Part shown: in pieces, positions 10,630-23,500 of the stretch
How positions within the stretch are numbered: the first letter of the stretch is position 1
Layout: each line of letters begins with the position of its first letter
Assembly: GCA_051362555.1 (NCBI GenBank)
Contig: CM120649.1
Coordinates: 6,696,001 to 6,760,000 of the forward strand
Direction: 5' to 3'
DNA from: Lingula anatina
Lineage: Eukaryota > Animalia > Brachiopoda
DNA: 64,000 bases
Notes under the pieces: model-generated
Told to the model about the DNA's origin: nothing
Databases searched by the model: none
The model's input: the letters and a program-made list of their open reading frames with translations, nothing else
Position numbers and translations under genes: made by a program

Positions 10630-11917
10630 CTAGAAATATGAAAAAATACATATTTATTGGCAAACCATAATAGAAACTAAGAGAGTTGTAAACAGTTTCT
10701 TTCGAGTGCAACTGCTTAAGAGGCCCTTAACAAACTACCAAGACTAACAAGTGCACCGAAAATAAAACATTATCAAACAAAAACATTATTTACTGATGTG
10801 TTGTTTCTGTAATTAAAGGTACATGCCGATGGAGTGCGAATCCCCAGTAATACATGTACATGTAATCTACCTCTACTAGTTACTTGTATAACAAAAATGA
10901 AGTTGACATGCCAATGAACAAAACAATTTAATCACTTCATCAACAATAAAATAGCCTTAAACTATCTCATTTAAATTGATGGTTAATTTGGATTACTTAT
11001 CTAACCTACTAAAATTTATCAGTCCCATTTATATACAGCAGAGAAAGCAGATAGAAGAATGTATTCACATATGCCTTTTGGTGTTGTTTTACAAAATGCT
11101 AGTTAATTATAACACGGGGTACTCAGGACACAGACCATGAATACTAGATACCGTCAATGGATTTTTGGATTTTTGGAATTTGGATTTTTAATTAGAACGG
11201 TGCCTTAGATACAATGTTTTATTCCATTTTAATAGAGTCAGAATAATATAATATTGGATTCCTTGCAAAGCATAATATTTGTTGTGCCCATCATATTACT
11301 GTCATTACAGATTACATAACTACACATAATAATAATAATAATAATAATAATAATAGCCCAGTTTCTACTTCCAGCACCGAGCTGGTTTATATTGAGTCTG
11401 GTAGTATTATTTGTCTTAAGATGCCAAAGCTCAGAAATGTAAATTAAGGGCATCAGGTATGCTAAAAAAAAACAAACTATTATTTAAGGTTTGTTTAGTT
11501 ATTAAGGTCAAATGGAAAAAGAAAAGACTTCAGAAGAAAATAGGACTTTTGGAACATGTTCAGACCTGCTTTAAGCTACTCTTTTTAAATATGAATTGAT
11601 TTGTTATAATCAAGTTGTCAGAAAACAAGTGAAATTAGTAAGCTACAGCTACTGAAAAAGAAGTGCAATGATATATAACACTTCATTATATACAGAATAT
11701 CTGTAAATACCTGGATGGATTTTTTACAAGGTAACTAAATTACAAGGGTTGTAGTAAGTAGCGAGCCTCGTGTGGAAGGGGTTAAGCAGCGATATCCCTT
11801 TTCAGCCCTTCTATTTCCTGACTATTTAAAGGTGTGTAGCCAAAGTTTGGTGTCATTTGATTAGTTTATGTCGACGAGGAAGCACTCTCAAATAAGCAAG
11901 GCAAGTGATTTTTGTGA

Positions 11918-12276
11918 AATGCCCCTGCTCACAAGTCTGTCATTGCCATGGCTGCAATCAACGAGTGTGGCTTTGAACTGATAGAACATACACCAACATC
12001 CTGATCTTGCTTCCTCTGACTATTATCTATTTCCCAAATTGAGTAAGGCCATTTCAGGTACTCACTTTGTGTCAGATGATGACATCATACGTGAAGTGGA
12101 GGGGTTTCTGAATGTCCAAGGAAAGGGCTTCTATGAAAGTGGCATACAGTCTCTCAAAACTCACTGGCAAAAGTGTATAGATACTCAAAGAGAGTATGTT
12201 GAGAAATAAACAAAAATACTTGTAAAATGTGTACCCCTTCTATATGAGGCTAACTACTTATCAATCAACCCTCATA
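11918..12276 (+). mobile_element. Mariner (Tc1/mariner) transposase 3' remnant with right TIR
   Basis: Translates NAPAHKSVIAMAAINECGFELIEH, then after a frameshift PDLASSDYYLFPKL..FYESGIQSLKTHWQKCIDTQREYVEK* (stop 12207-12209). Ends in a mariner-like TIR ..TTATCAATCAACCCTCA-TA. Confidence 0.85.
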
Positions 12277-12769
12277 CAACCTAATTGCTATCGGCCTCCC
12301 GAACAGGTATATTAAAGAACAAAACATGGATAAAGGAACTTGGTACATTTGATAAATGTAAACTTGTACTTATTACTTTAGTCAAAAGATAAAAATATCA
12401 GCAGTCGCAATTTGCACATTGAGACATGTGAAAAGTAAAACAAGGATAAAGTGACAGCAGTTGAAAAAAAATTCTAAGATTGCTACACAGAAGTTATAAA
12501 AGGTGAAGACCAGTTACCAAAAAAGCTACTTGTATGGGTTATTAAATAAACATTTAATTGATCCATCCATTAAGAAATATTCAAATTGTTGATCTCCTAA
12601 TGATGAACGTAAACAAAGTAATTAATGTTCAAAGGGAATATTCATAATAAGTTATCTTTAGCTGACTTGGATAAATGCTGGGGAGTCTCTGCTTGGAAGC
12701 TTAATCCATTTATTAACCAAACAGTACCTTTTTATATGGAGAGGGAAAAAGAACTGGTCTCATCTATAA

Positions 12770-12982
12770 GGGTCTATTCCCACAACTTTAGATCGATCTA
12801 TCACCGCGGGGAGTCTCACCAGACTAACGTCAGATAATCCCCCTTAAGTGTCCGTCCCCGCCCACTACAAGCCATAAGGGGCAATTAACTTTCATGTCCG
12901 CCCGGCTGACAGCTATTCAGCGCGAACCCCCAGGGAGTTAGGTCGATCCAAAGTAGGTCGATCTAATCTATGGAAATGGGGT
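12770..12982. mobile_element. PIF/Harbinger-like MITE (family also at 22468 and 29469)
   Basis: Flanked by TAA. Shares internal tagatcgatcta and gaacccccagggagttaggtcgatc with the other copies. Confidence 0.7.
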
Positions 12983-13130
12983 GTAAGATGCTAAAGTGTG
13001 GTATTGATGGTTACCTTTAACAATCATACTATGAAGTAAATGCGCACTAAATTAAAAGGATATTTTCATTAATAAAAGGGCTGCTACTAGTAACTCATTC
13101 CCTCTGTAGGGATCTAGGTGATACTCTGTA

Positions 13131-13178
13131 GGTGATACTCTTAGCACAACAGTGTTCAATATGCTCATTGATGCTCTG
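13131..13178 (+). mobile_element. Possible tiny LINE reverse-transcriptase remnant
   Basis: Translates GDTLSTTVFNMLIDAL, resembling the QGDxLSPxLFN motif; too short to be sure. Confidence 0.35.
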
Positions 13179-13469
13179 GGTGACAAGTTAATTCAGCCCA
13201 ACACTAATCTGGTCCTCATTTCTGAACCAAACACCTGTAAATTGCACATTTTAGACAGATGGACTAATTAAGGGTCTGTTATGTATTCAAAAGCAACCTT
13301 CAAATGTGAACAATCAATCATGAACAAAAATGGTGCAAACTTTTTTGAGCCTTTTCTCATATTTGGAGAAACCAATCAGTGGATACTGACATTTCAGATT
13401 TCAGGAAAGTATACAACAGTATTATATTTAAGTAATAAAAATTGCCATAAAGGCTTGATGTTTCAAAAT

Positions 13470-14655
13470 AACGAACCCACATATTGCCAACAATTAAGTA
13501 TCTACCTATCTAAAAATACTGCCTTGGTATGTACTTGTCTGCTAGTAGATATCAATATTAAGTGCACACTGCTGGTACTTAGATGATCTTGAGACTTAAA
13601 TGACAAGTATCTAAAACAATACTTACATTCTATTGCCACACTAATTATCCTGACAAGGTGCAATTGACTAAGTGGGTAACTGACTGACTGAGTAACTTCA
13701 ACTGGGAACTGGAAGAAATAGAATGTTATATAAACTCAACTGACTATTATTTAATCTAGCACTGATGCTCTTAATATCTGAAACATATTCCTTTACTTTT
13801 GATAAGCTCCACATTGTTGAGAAGAAACTATGGTTACTCAAAAAATATATAGCATATAAAAATAATAATAATAATAATTATTATTATTATTATTATTTAC
13901 AGTCTAAAATCCATATATAAAATGTTTAGTAGATTTTACAGAGGTAAAATGAACAGAATATGATCTAAAGAGTCAAAAATAAAAAATAAACAGTTGAGAT
14001 ATAAACGATATTGAAATATATGGTGCAATGTAAATTAATATATTCTGTAGGTCCCATTTAAAACAAGATGATCCGCCAACTAGCAGATCTGCCAACTAAA
14101 TAGGGCTGACCCTACTTTAAAAATGATAGCGCTGAATCCAGAAGGTCTCACATCCTCAACATGCGCCCTTAAATGGATTTAAATTCATGCAGGGTTTAAT
14201 TATTAGGCCCCTGCAGTTGTGGCATGTGTGGGGGCAAAAAGACCGTTAAGGAATAAATGGCATGGTTATTGAAGTGGGGTTAAAATTATTTAGTGGACGA
14301 ATCTGCTTGTCAGTGGTCCCTCTATTCTGTTGCTTCAATAACCAACCCACATATTGCCAACAATAAAGTATCTACCAATCTAAAAGTATTTCCTTGGTAT
14401 GTTCTTGTCTGCTAGTAGCTATCTATATAAAGTGCACACTGCTGGTACGTAGATGATCTTGAGACTTAAATGACAAGTATCTAAAACAATACTTACATAC
14501 TATTGCCACACTAATTATCCTGACAAGGTGCAATTGACTAAGTGGGTAACTAACTGACTGAGTAACTTCAACTGGGATCTGGAAGAAATAGAATATTATA
14601 TAAACTCAATTGACTATTATTTAAATCTAGCATTGATGCTCTTTATATCACAAAC

Positions 14656-14695
<40 letters not shown>

Positions 14696-14697
14696 CC

Positions 14698-14738
<41 letters not shown>

Positions 14739-16550
14739 TTTATTTACAGTCTAAAATCCATATATAATATGTTCAGTAGATTTTACAGAGGTTAAATGAA
14801 CAGAATATGATTAATAGAGTCAATAATAAAAAAATAGCTGGTAAAGATATAAAGATATTGAAATATATGGTGCAATGTAAATAAATATATACTGCAGGTC
14901 CCATTCAAAGCAAGATGATCTGCCAATTAGCAGATCTGCCAACTAAATAGGGCTGACCCCACTTTAAAAATGATAGTGCTGAATCCCAAAGGTCTCACAT
15001 CCTCCACATGTGCCCTTAAAAGGATTTAACCATGTGTCCAGGTTTAATTATAAGGCCCATCGGGCCATGCAGTTGTGGCGTGTGTAGGGGCAAGAAGACC
15101 GTTAAAGAATAAATGGCATGGTTTTTGAAGTGGGGTAAAAATTATTTAGTGGATGGATCTGCTTGTCAGTGGTCCCTCTATTCTGTTGCTTCAATAACCA
15201 ACCCACATATTGCCAACAATAAAGTATCTACCAATCTAAAAGTATTTCCTTGGTATGTTCTTGTCTGCTAGTAGCTATCTATATAAAGTGCACACTGCTG
15301 GTACGTAGATGATCTTGAGACTAAATGACAAGTATCTAAAACAATACTTACATACTATTGCCACACTAATTATCCTGACAAGGTGCAATTGACTGAGAGG
15401 GTAACTGACTGAGTAACTTCAACTGGGATCTGGAAGAAATAGAATATTATATAAACTCAACTGACTATTATTTAATCTAGCATTGATGCTCTTAATATCA
15501 CAAACATATTCCTTTACTTTTGATAAGCTCCACATTGTTGAGAAGAAACTATGGTTACTCAAAATATATATAGCATATAATAATAATAATAATAAATAAT
15601 AATAATAATATTTATTTACAGTCTAAAATCCATAAAAAAATGTTTAGTAGATTTTACAGAGGTAAAATGAACAGAATATGATCAAAAGAGTCAAAAATAA
15701 AAAATAAACAGTTGAGATATAAACGATATTGAAATATATGGTGCAATGTAAATTAATATATTCTGTAGGTCCCATTTAAAACAAGATGATCCGCCAACTA
15801 GCAGATCTGCCAACTAAATAGGGCTGACCCTACTTTAAAAATGATAGCGCTGAATCCAGAAGGTCTTACATCCTCCACATGCACCCTTAAATGGATTTAA
15901 CCTCATGCAAGGTTTAATTATTAGGCCCCTGCAGTTGTGGCATGTGTGGGGGCAAGAAGACCTTTAAGGAATTTAACATATTTAGTGGACAGATCTGCTT
16001 GTCAGTGGTCCATCTATTCTGTTGCTTCAATAACCAACCCACATACTTCCTGCAATTTAGTAGCTGCCTAGATGTTCAAGTATTACCTTTTCTATATACT
16101 TGAATTCTAGTACTTAGCTATCTACATCAAATGCATAATTCTGGTATTTTGATGATCGTGAGACTTAAATGCTAATGATTTAAAACAAACAATACTTGCC
16201 ACACTTATTATTCTGTGAAGCTTCAACTGAATTGCTTCTAACTTCAACTGTGAGCTGGAAGAAATATAATATTATACAAATTCAACTTAAAATGATTAAA
16301 TCTAGCATTGATTCTCTTTATATCACAAAGGGGGCATCTCGATAGTCCGAAGGTTCATTGGTCCGAAAAGTGGTAACATTTTTGCCGATCTTTTAATCAA
16401 GGGCTCATTGGTCCGAAGGTTCTTTAGTGAACATTCGGACCAATGATTCTTCGGACTATTGCTATGGACCCATCACAAACATACTCCTTCACTTTTTATC
16501 AGCCACAATGTTGAGAAGAAACTATGGTTTCTACAAGTATATTAAAATAT
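13470..16550. repeat. Tandem array of ~840-870-bp units, ~3.6 copies, each with an (AAT)n tract
   Basis: AACCCACATA(TTGCCAACAAT) recurs at ~13474, 14344, 15200 and 16035, with collinear downstream sequence; the last copy is most diverged. Confidence 0.9.
16330..16471. mobile_element. MITE with 8-bp TSD (hAT/Merlin-type by TSD length)
   Basis: ATCACAAA at 16322-16329 and 16472-16479. Imperfect TIRs with ggtccgaa/ttcggacc subrepeats. The other array units have the empty site. Confidence 0.75.
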
Positions 16551-17049
16551 CACCAGTAATATTAGTACTTACTAGTACTGTAACACAGGATAAACCTTGA
16601 CCCCCTTTTGGAGCAAAGTACACATGCTGTTAAACACCATAAAACAAATGCATTATCCTGTGAATCAATGAAAGGCAAATTTCCCCAATAAAGAAATGTG
16701 GCATCAATTCAGGCAAGCAAGACACCATTGCCATTTAATGAGATTTTTCACATAGCTATTCTTAACTTTCTTTAGTCGTGAATATTGTTGATGCACATCT
16801 CTAAAAGTTATGCACTGTTTTAAATACTATAGAGCTTTAGGATACAGATTTGACATAAACATCTTCAGTGTCTAATGTTATGTATGTATGATCTTTTCAA
16901 CTGTTAATTAGGATTTATTAATTAGCTTTATTTTTGCTCTTAAATTGTTTTGCAATAGCAGTATAAATAACTCCTCTTAAAAACTAACATTAAACTAAAA
17001 TTAACAACTTACCAAGCTTCTTCTGTAAACCTATGGCCTCCTTCACAAT

Positions 17050-17325
17050 GTCTCTAGTTGCACATTTCTAGGTCACTGCATCTCATTAGTCAAATGAACT
17101 GGGGATTGTGGGAAACCTCCTGATGAGAGCTTAGAATCTTCCTAAGGGAGATCTGGCTTTTCTGTTAACCTTTCCACCCTTAGCAACAGTCTCTAGTTGC
17201 ACATTTCTAGGTCACTGCATCTCATTAGTCAAATGAACTGGGGATAGTGGGAAACCTCTTGATGAGAGCTTATAGAATCTTCCCAAGAGAGTTCTGGCTT
17301 TTCTGTTAACCTCTTCACCCACAGT
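17050..17325 (-). repeat. Two ~140-bp tandem copies, ending near a minus-strand donor (TTG|GTAAGT, ~17011); possible Helentron 5' UTR exon
   Basis: gtctctagttgcacatttctaggtcactgcatctc occurs at ~17050 and ~17189. The donor would pair with the acceptor before the ORF ATG (inference). Confidence 0.45.
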
Positions 17326-18305
17326 ATAATAAAACAAGACAGCACTGTTCTGACATGGGTTTATTTCCATATTTAACACTTTCTAAACATAAAACAAAAT
17401 AAACAGTGTACTGCAATTTTTATATGATCAACTAAGAAAATAGATGAGATGGGAAAAATATCAATAGAACAGTGTTAAATGTCCAATTTCCTCCATTCTT
17501 AGATTCTGAACATAGTGGATGACTGAATCTGACAAACTGCAATGATATGAGTTTATTTCCATTTTTGACACTTTATTACACAAAACACAATAACAAGTTT
17601 ACCATAATTTTTACAAAATCAACTGAAAATATTGTAAAGATGCAGGAAATGTCAAACAAACACTTTTACGTATCTTATTACTTAAATAATAAGGCTATTA
17701 ACATGCCTAAGAATTGAATCTGAGGAAATGCGAAAAAAACAGCTTCACTTCTAAAATAATGCCCCGATTATGCTGATTTTCGAACTCAATCTGCGTTTTA
17801 GTAAGATTGACCATTCCTGTGAGTTTAATGACAATGGGTCTCTCTGTTTTTCTTATATTGTGTTTACAGTGTTGCATATATGCTGAAAAATGAAAAAAAA
17901 AACAACACAACTACTAAAATAGTGGCCCGATCATGCCGATTTTCGAACTTGACCTGCGCTTTAAGAAGATTGATTACTCCAGTGAGTTTCATGACAACAG
18001 GCCTAACGGTTTTCCTTAAAATGTGTTTACAAGGTTGCATATATGCTGAAAAGGAAAAAAACAGCATAACTTCTACTATAATGGCCCGATCATGCTGATT
18101 TTCGAACTTGACCTGCGTTTTATGAATATTCATCAGCTCTGTTAATATAAAACCAAAAAGTAAAACTGTTTTCCACTTATCGTGTTTACGGTGAAAGTGC
18201 ACGGCGACGGCATCGGCATCGGCATCGCCATCGGCGACGGCGACGACAGACGCAGGCGATGGCAATATGTACAGACACATCTGTGTCTGTACATAAAAAT
18301 TAGAA

Positions 18306-20522
18306 ATGGCTAATTGGAAAGGATATTCTAGCAATGCCATTATAGGAAAACTTACTGAAGCTTTGGAAGTACATTATGACAAAATCGTTGGAATGGTTGA
18401 GATTTTACCCCTCCTTCGTGCAAGGTTTATTGCAAAGAAACTTTTCAGTAGTGACCGCTTAAAAGAGGTTCTGGTAAGCCAATTGTTTTTATCCAATTTT
18501 TATTTCACAACTACATTTTTTTGCGTAATGTCAGATTCTTTTAAACATAGAAGTACCTTGTATTGTAGGTAATAAATTTATTAGGTTTCTAACCACACAG
18601 TCCATATATTAGGATTTTTTTTTTAATTTCTTAAATCTTAAATTTCTAAAACTTCCATGAATAATTTAGATCAAATTCTCAGTAACATTATCCTTAGTTT
18701 TAATCTACATTCAGGTTAAGTAAACAGGCATCAAACCACAGTTACACATTTTTATGTACAGACACAGATGTGTCTGTACATATTGCCATCACCTGCGTCT
18801 GTCGTCGCCGATGCCGTCGCCGATGCCGATGCTGATGCCGATGCCGATGCCGGCGCCGTGCACTTTCCTTGTAAACACGATAAGTGGAGGGCAGTTTTAC
18901 TTTTTGGCTTTATATTTACAGAGCTGATGAATATTCATAAAACACAGGTCAAGTTCGAAAATCAGCATGATCGGGCCATTATTGTAGAAGTTATGCTGTT
19001 TTTTCACTTTTCAGCATATTTTTCACATTTCCTCAGATTCAATTCTTAGGCATGTTAACAGTCTCATTATTAAACTAATAAGATACGTACAAGTATTTGT
19101 TTGACATTTCCTGCATCTTTACAACATTGTTAGTTGATTTTGTAAAAATGATGGTAAACTTGTTATCATGTATTGTGTAATAAAGTTTCAAAAATGGAAA
19201 TAAACTCATATCATTGCAGTTTGTCAGATTCAATCATTCACTATGTTCAGAATCTCAGAATGGAAGAAATTGGACATTTAACACTGCTTTATTGATATTT
19301 TTCCCATCTCATCAATTTTCTTAGTTGATCATATAAAAATGGCAGTAAACTGTTAATTTTGTTTTATGTTAAAAATTGTTAAAAATGGAAAAAAAAAAAC
19401 CATTTCAGAACAGTGCTGTCTTGTTTACATTTTGGCATTTTCAAGTTGTGACTTCGAAGTTCCATGGGCCTGAAGACCTTTGCTTGTCACATTTTCTGAA
19501 TATCCATGATACTAATATTTTATTATTAAAAATTGATGGTTAGTATGCTGTTAAACATTATGTAATATTGCATCAAAATTTGAAAAAAAAACTATTTTGG
19601 GCACTGCTCTCATGATGACCATTTAAGAAAAACCATGTCACTTACTGTTCTCAAACAGTACAGTAAATATATATATATATAGATGTGTCTGTACATATTG
19701 CCATCACCTGCGTCTGTCGTCGCCGTCATCGCCGTCGCCATGCACTTTCATTGTAAACACTATAAGTGGAAGGCAGTTTCACTTTTTGGCTGTATATTTA
19801 CAGAGCTGATGAATATTCATAAAACGCAGGTCAAGATCGAAAATCAGCATGATCGGGCCATTATTGTAGAAGTGGTATTTTTTCACTTTTCAGTATATTT
19901 CTATAATTTATTATGTAATGTTACATCAAAATTGACAATATTTTTGCATTGCTACTGCAAACATTATGAAAAGAAAACTGTGTTACTTATTATTATTTTT
20001 AACTTACAAGTATGATTTTTAGGATTGGCATGCAGTTCAAATTAGAAAGCCAGGTCAATTGGGTTATCATTTATTATTGAATTTATGCAATTTTGTGTGA
20101 AATTTTCATTTTTCTCATTCTGGCACTTTCTAAGTATAAACTTGAACTCTGATGGGCCTGAAGCCTTATGCTTTTACTTTCGTTGTTGTTACCTGTTGTG
20201 CATAATTAAAATTTGATGTTGACTGTGCAGTAAAACATAATGTATTATTCCATCAGAATTGGTAGTCTCCTATTTTGTGCATTATTGTTTTGTGCTTTTC
20301 TTAAGATGTGACTTATGGGCCTGAAAGACCTTTGAGAAGGTCAGTCTGTTAATATCCCTTGGGTATCACGTAGCTAATTTCTGAGTTATAAAGTCATTTG
20401 CCTAATTGATAGGCCATTAAAGGAGATTACATAAAGCACACTTGTTGATATTTCCTTGTAAACTCCCAAAAGTTAAGCTCTCTGCTAGATTAATAATAAG
20501 GAAGCAGTGATAATTATGCAGG

Positions 20523-20572
<50 letters not shown>

Positions 20573-23500
20573 CAAAGATTAAACATTTGAATAGCAGCTT
20601 CATTGAAATTATATTTACCTCAGGCTCTGCCAAGGAGGTTATATTTTCACCCCTGTTTGTCTGTCATCAACATAACTCAAAAAGTTATGGACCGATTTTG
20701 CTTAAATTTTCAGGAACTGTCAGAATTGGGCCAAAGAGGACAATGATTAGTTTTTAGTGGTGGTCTGGCTCAATAATCAATCAATAATCAATAATAATCA
20801 ACAATTGCTGCCTTGGCAGAGGTCTGCACTCTCGGTGGTTTTCTAGTTTTGTTATGTTTTCCTTTACAATTTTTTCTCAAACACTTGCATTTGTGACTTT
20901 TAACTCTCATCCGCTCGAGGCTCTGCACATTTTCTGTATTTCCACATAAGCAATTGTATTGTTTTTTATGTCTTTAAACATTATATAATATTATTTTATG
21001 CACTGTCATCATTTTTCAAATATTGAGACTTTCATCATGTGACTTTGGTCTCTCATGGTCCTGAAACTGTAATCTTATTGAAGGGGTGGATTGAGACCAT
21101 CTTACGGGTCTTCTGGAAGACAGGTTATTAAGTTTATATTGACTGGTATCTATTTTTTTCTGTTGGAAGACCATCAAAATGGAGGATGGATCAACATAGA
21201 TACTTTGGAATACTGTCAGAAAATATCTCAGGGTCCGCTCCTGTTATTGACCATGTTACCTGTTGTGCATGATTAAAATTCAGTGTTGACTGACAGTGCT
21301 ATTATTAGCATTATTTATTATTGCATCAAAATTGACAAAATGACCTTTTTTATTTATATCTTTATTTTCTGTTTTTTGTCTGTACATTTGACAGCTTTGC
21401 TGCCTTGTTTAAATTATGTATTGAATGTTTCAAAGAATACAGACCCTTTTCATATTTCTGATAAGAAGCACACTACAATGCAAGAAAGTTTTCCAAAGTA
21501 CATTGTCACAATTTCTTTAATAGTCACCTTGAGAAAAGAATGTAAATATGCTGAATGTGAACCAGATGCACACCCCAAAGCACTAAAATAAAATGTTTCT
21601 TTGGTCTTCAGAGGCAAAATATCTAAATTATATTAAGTGCTACTTATGTCTGGTGCTTAGAAAAATTAGCACTTAATATAATCAGTAATATAGTATAACT
21701 AAGAGAATTACCAAAAGATACTGTTTAATGTTATCGCAAAATGATATTTGGACGGGTTTTTTCTGCTAGCTTTCTATGCTGTATATACATGGTGCAGAAA
21801 AGTAGGTCACATAAGTACAGTAGGTAAAAGGTACTGAATAAGTCACTCAATCAGCCATAAAAGACTGCTAGACTGCTATTTTCTTTAAATTTTTGGTGGA
21901 AATTTAACCTACTGATTATTAATATATAGCTATACTATTTGAAACTATATCCTGGCATCTGGTTGGTTTTTGTAGCAAAAAAATGTATGCATCTTTATAT
22001 TTGGATTTCCAACCAAAAATTTAAAGAAAGTAGCAGTCTAAAGCTCTTTTATGGCTGATCAAGTGATTTATTCAGTTTATCCCTTGATATGCTAACTTTA
22101 TTTGAGTCATATAAGAAACTAGTAGAAGTGGCTCATATGGGATACTGGGAATCCACACTCCACCAATTCTCAGTTTATATGTATCTCTAATAAAGATCAT
22201 ACATAAATGTGACCTTTAAATGATAATGATTTTGTATTATTTAACTTTCACCAGGCTGACTGTAAGTCAGAGAAGGAGAAGACCCTGGCAGTGTTGGATC
22301 GTCTTCCCAGAACCAAAGAGGCCTTGTATACTTTTGTGGACATCTTAAAGGAAGACTATGAACATGTTGCTGGACTTCTCGAACAAGATCTTGATGCTGT
22401 ATGTGCTGCATGTGTTGGACCAAGCTTGCAACTACCAGGTATTTTTCAAATATGTGATAACAAATAACACCCCATTTCCATAGATTTTTAGATCGATCTA
22501 TCCCTGTGGGGAGTCTTACTAGATTACTGTCAGCTTGGCCGGCTTAAGCGTCTGTCCCGTCTACTAAAAGCTGTAAGGGGGTAATTAACTATGGTGCCTG
22601 CTCGGCTGACTGCAATTTAGCGTGAACCCCCAGGGAGTTAGGTTGATCTAAAACTTAATTTTTAGATCAATCTAAATCTCTGGGAAAGCACCCTAACTTT
22701 TAATAAAAAATAATAAAAATAGGGGGGGAAGGATAGGATGATATTATTTTCATATAGCATAAGACCATATAAAATAGGGCTTAATTAGAAAAACCATATT
22801 GGCATTTTAGGATTAAACTTGATTGACATTAAGATTGTATCTGGTGATATGTATTCTTGCAAATGCTTGTCATATACGACAAGCATTTGCAAGAATACAT
22901 ATCACCAGATACAAGCTTCGTAAACAATAATTGTCATTTGCTTAGATTTGTTTTAGATTGCGGAGCACAAATGCCAAATAAATGATTCCATTAAATCAAA
23001 ACCTTATTTTGAATACTTGTTGAAACATCTGGATTATTTCATTCTAACCATCCCTAAAGGTACATGGTTATTCCATACTAGTTCCAGTTTCTGAGAGTGA
23101 TGACAACAACAAACTGGTAGAGCACAGCCAGCCAGATTCTGCCAGTGATGACACTGAGATTAAGGTGCCTTACACAGCCCCATGTCCAGATGGCTTGATA
23201 TCTGTTCACCCATCTGAACTTCAGAAGATGATCAACGCTCAGCTCCTGCAGTTCTCTGCAGAACAAAAGAAGACCCAGGAGCAGGAGAACCAAAACCTTT
23301 GGTCAGAAGTCCACGAGTTGAAGGCAGAAAAGAAGACCCAGGAGCAAGAGAACCAAAACCTTTGGTCAGAGGTCCACAAGTTGAATGCAGAAAAGAAGAC
23401 CCAGGAGCAAGAGAACCAAAACCTTTGGTCAGAGGTCCACAAGTTGAATGCAGAAAAGAAGACCCAGGAGCAAGAGAACCAAAACCTTTGGTCAGAGGTC

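Larger units (their letters stand above)
1..18299 (-). mobile_element. Autonomous Helentron/Helitron2-type rolling-circle transposon; 3' end lies left of the window
   Basis: Minus-strand 5' terminus reads TTTTT-ATGTACAGACACA-GA-TGTGTCTGTACAT (terminal palindrome 18267-18294), followed by a (GCCGAT)n-like microsatellite and ~160-bp repeats, the usual Helentron/HINE head. It contains the Rep-Helicase-EN ORF. Bases 1-453 match the 3'-side sequence of the derivative at 19140-19468, so the element continues past base 1. Confidence 0.8.

Noticed and set aside
2519-10641. Plus-strand and alternative-frame ORFs overlapping the Helentron ORF
   Set aside because: Antisense shadows of a long ORF and its repeats; no motifs.
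17707-20015. Similar ORFs (MCLYILPSPASVV..) at 17864, 18768 and 19683 as a small gene family
   Set aside because: They are read-throughs of the Helentron 5' terminal palindrome and microsatellite.
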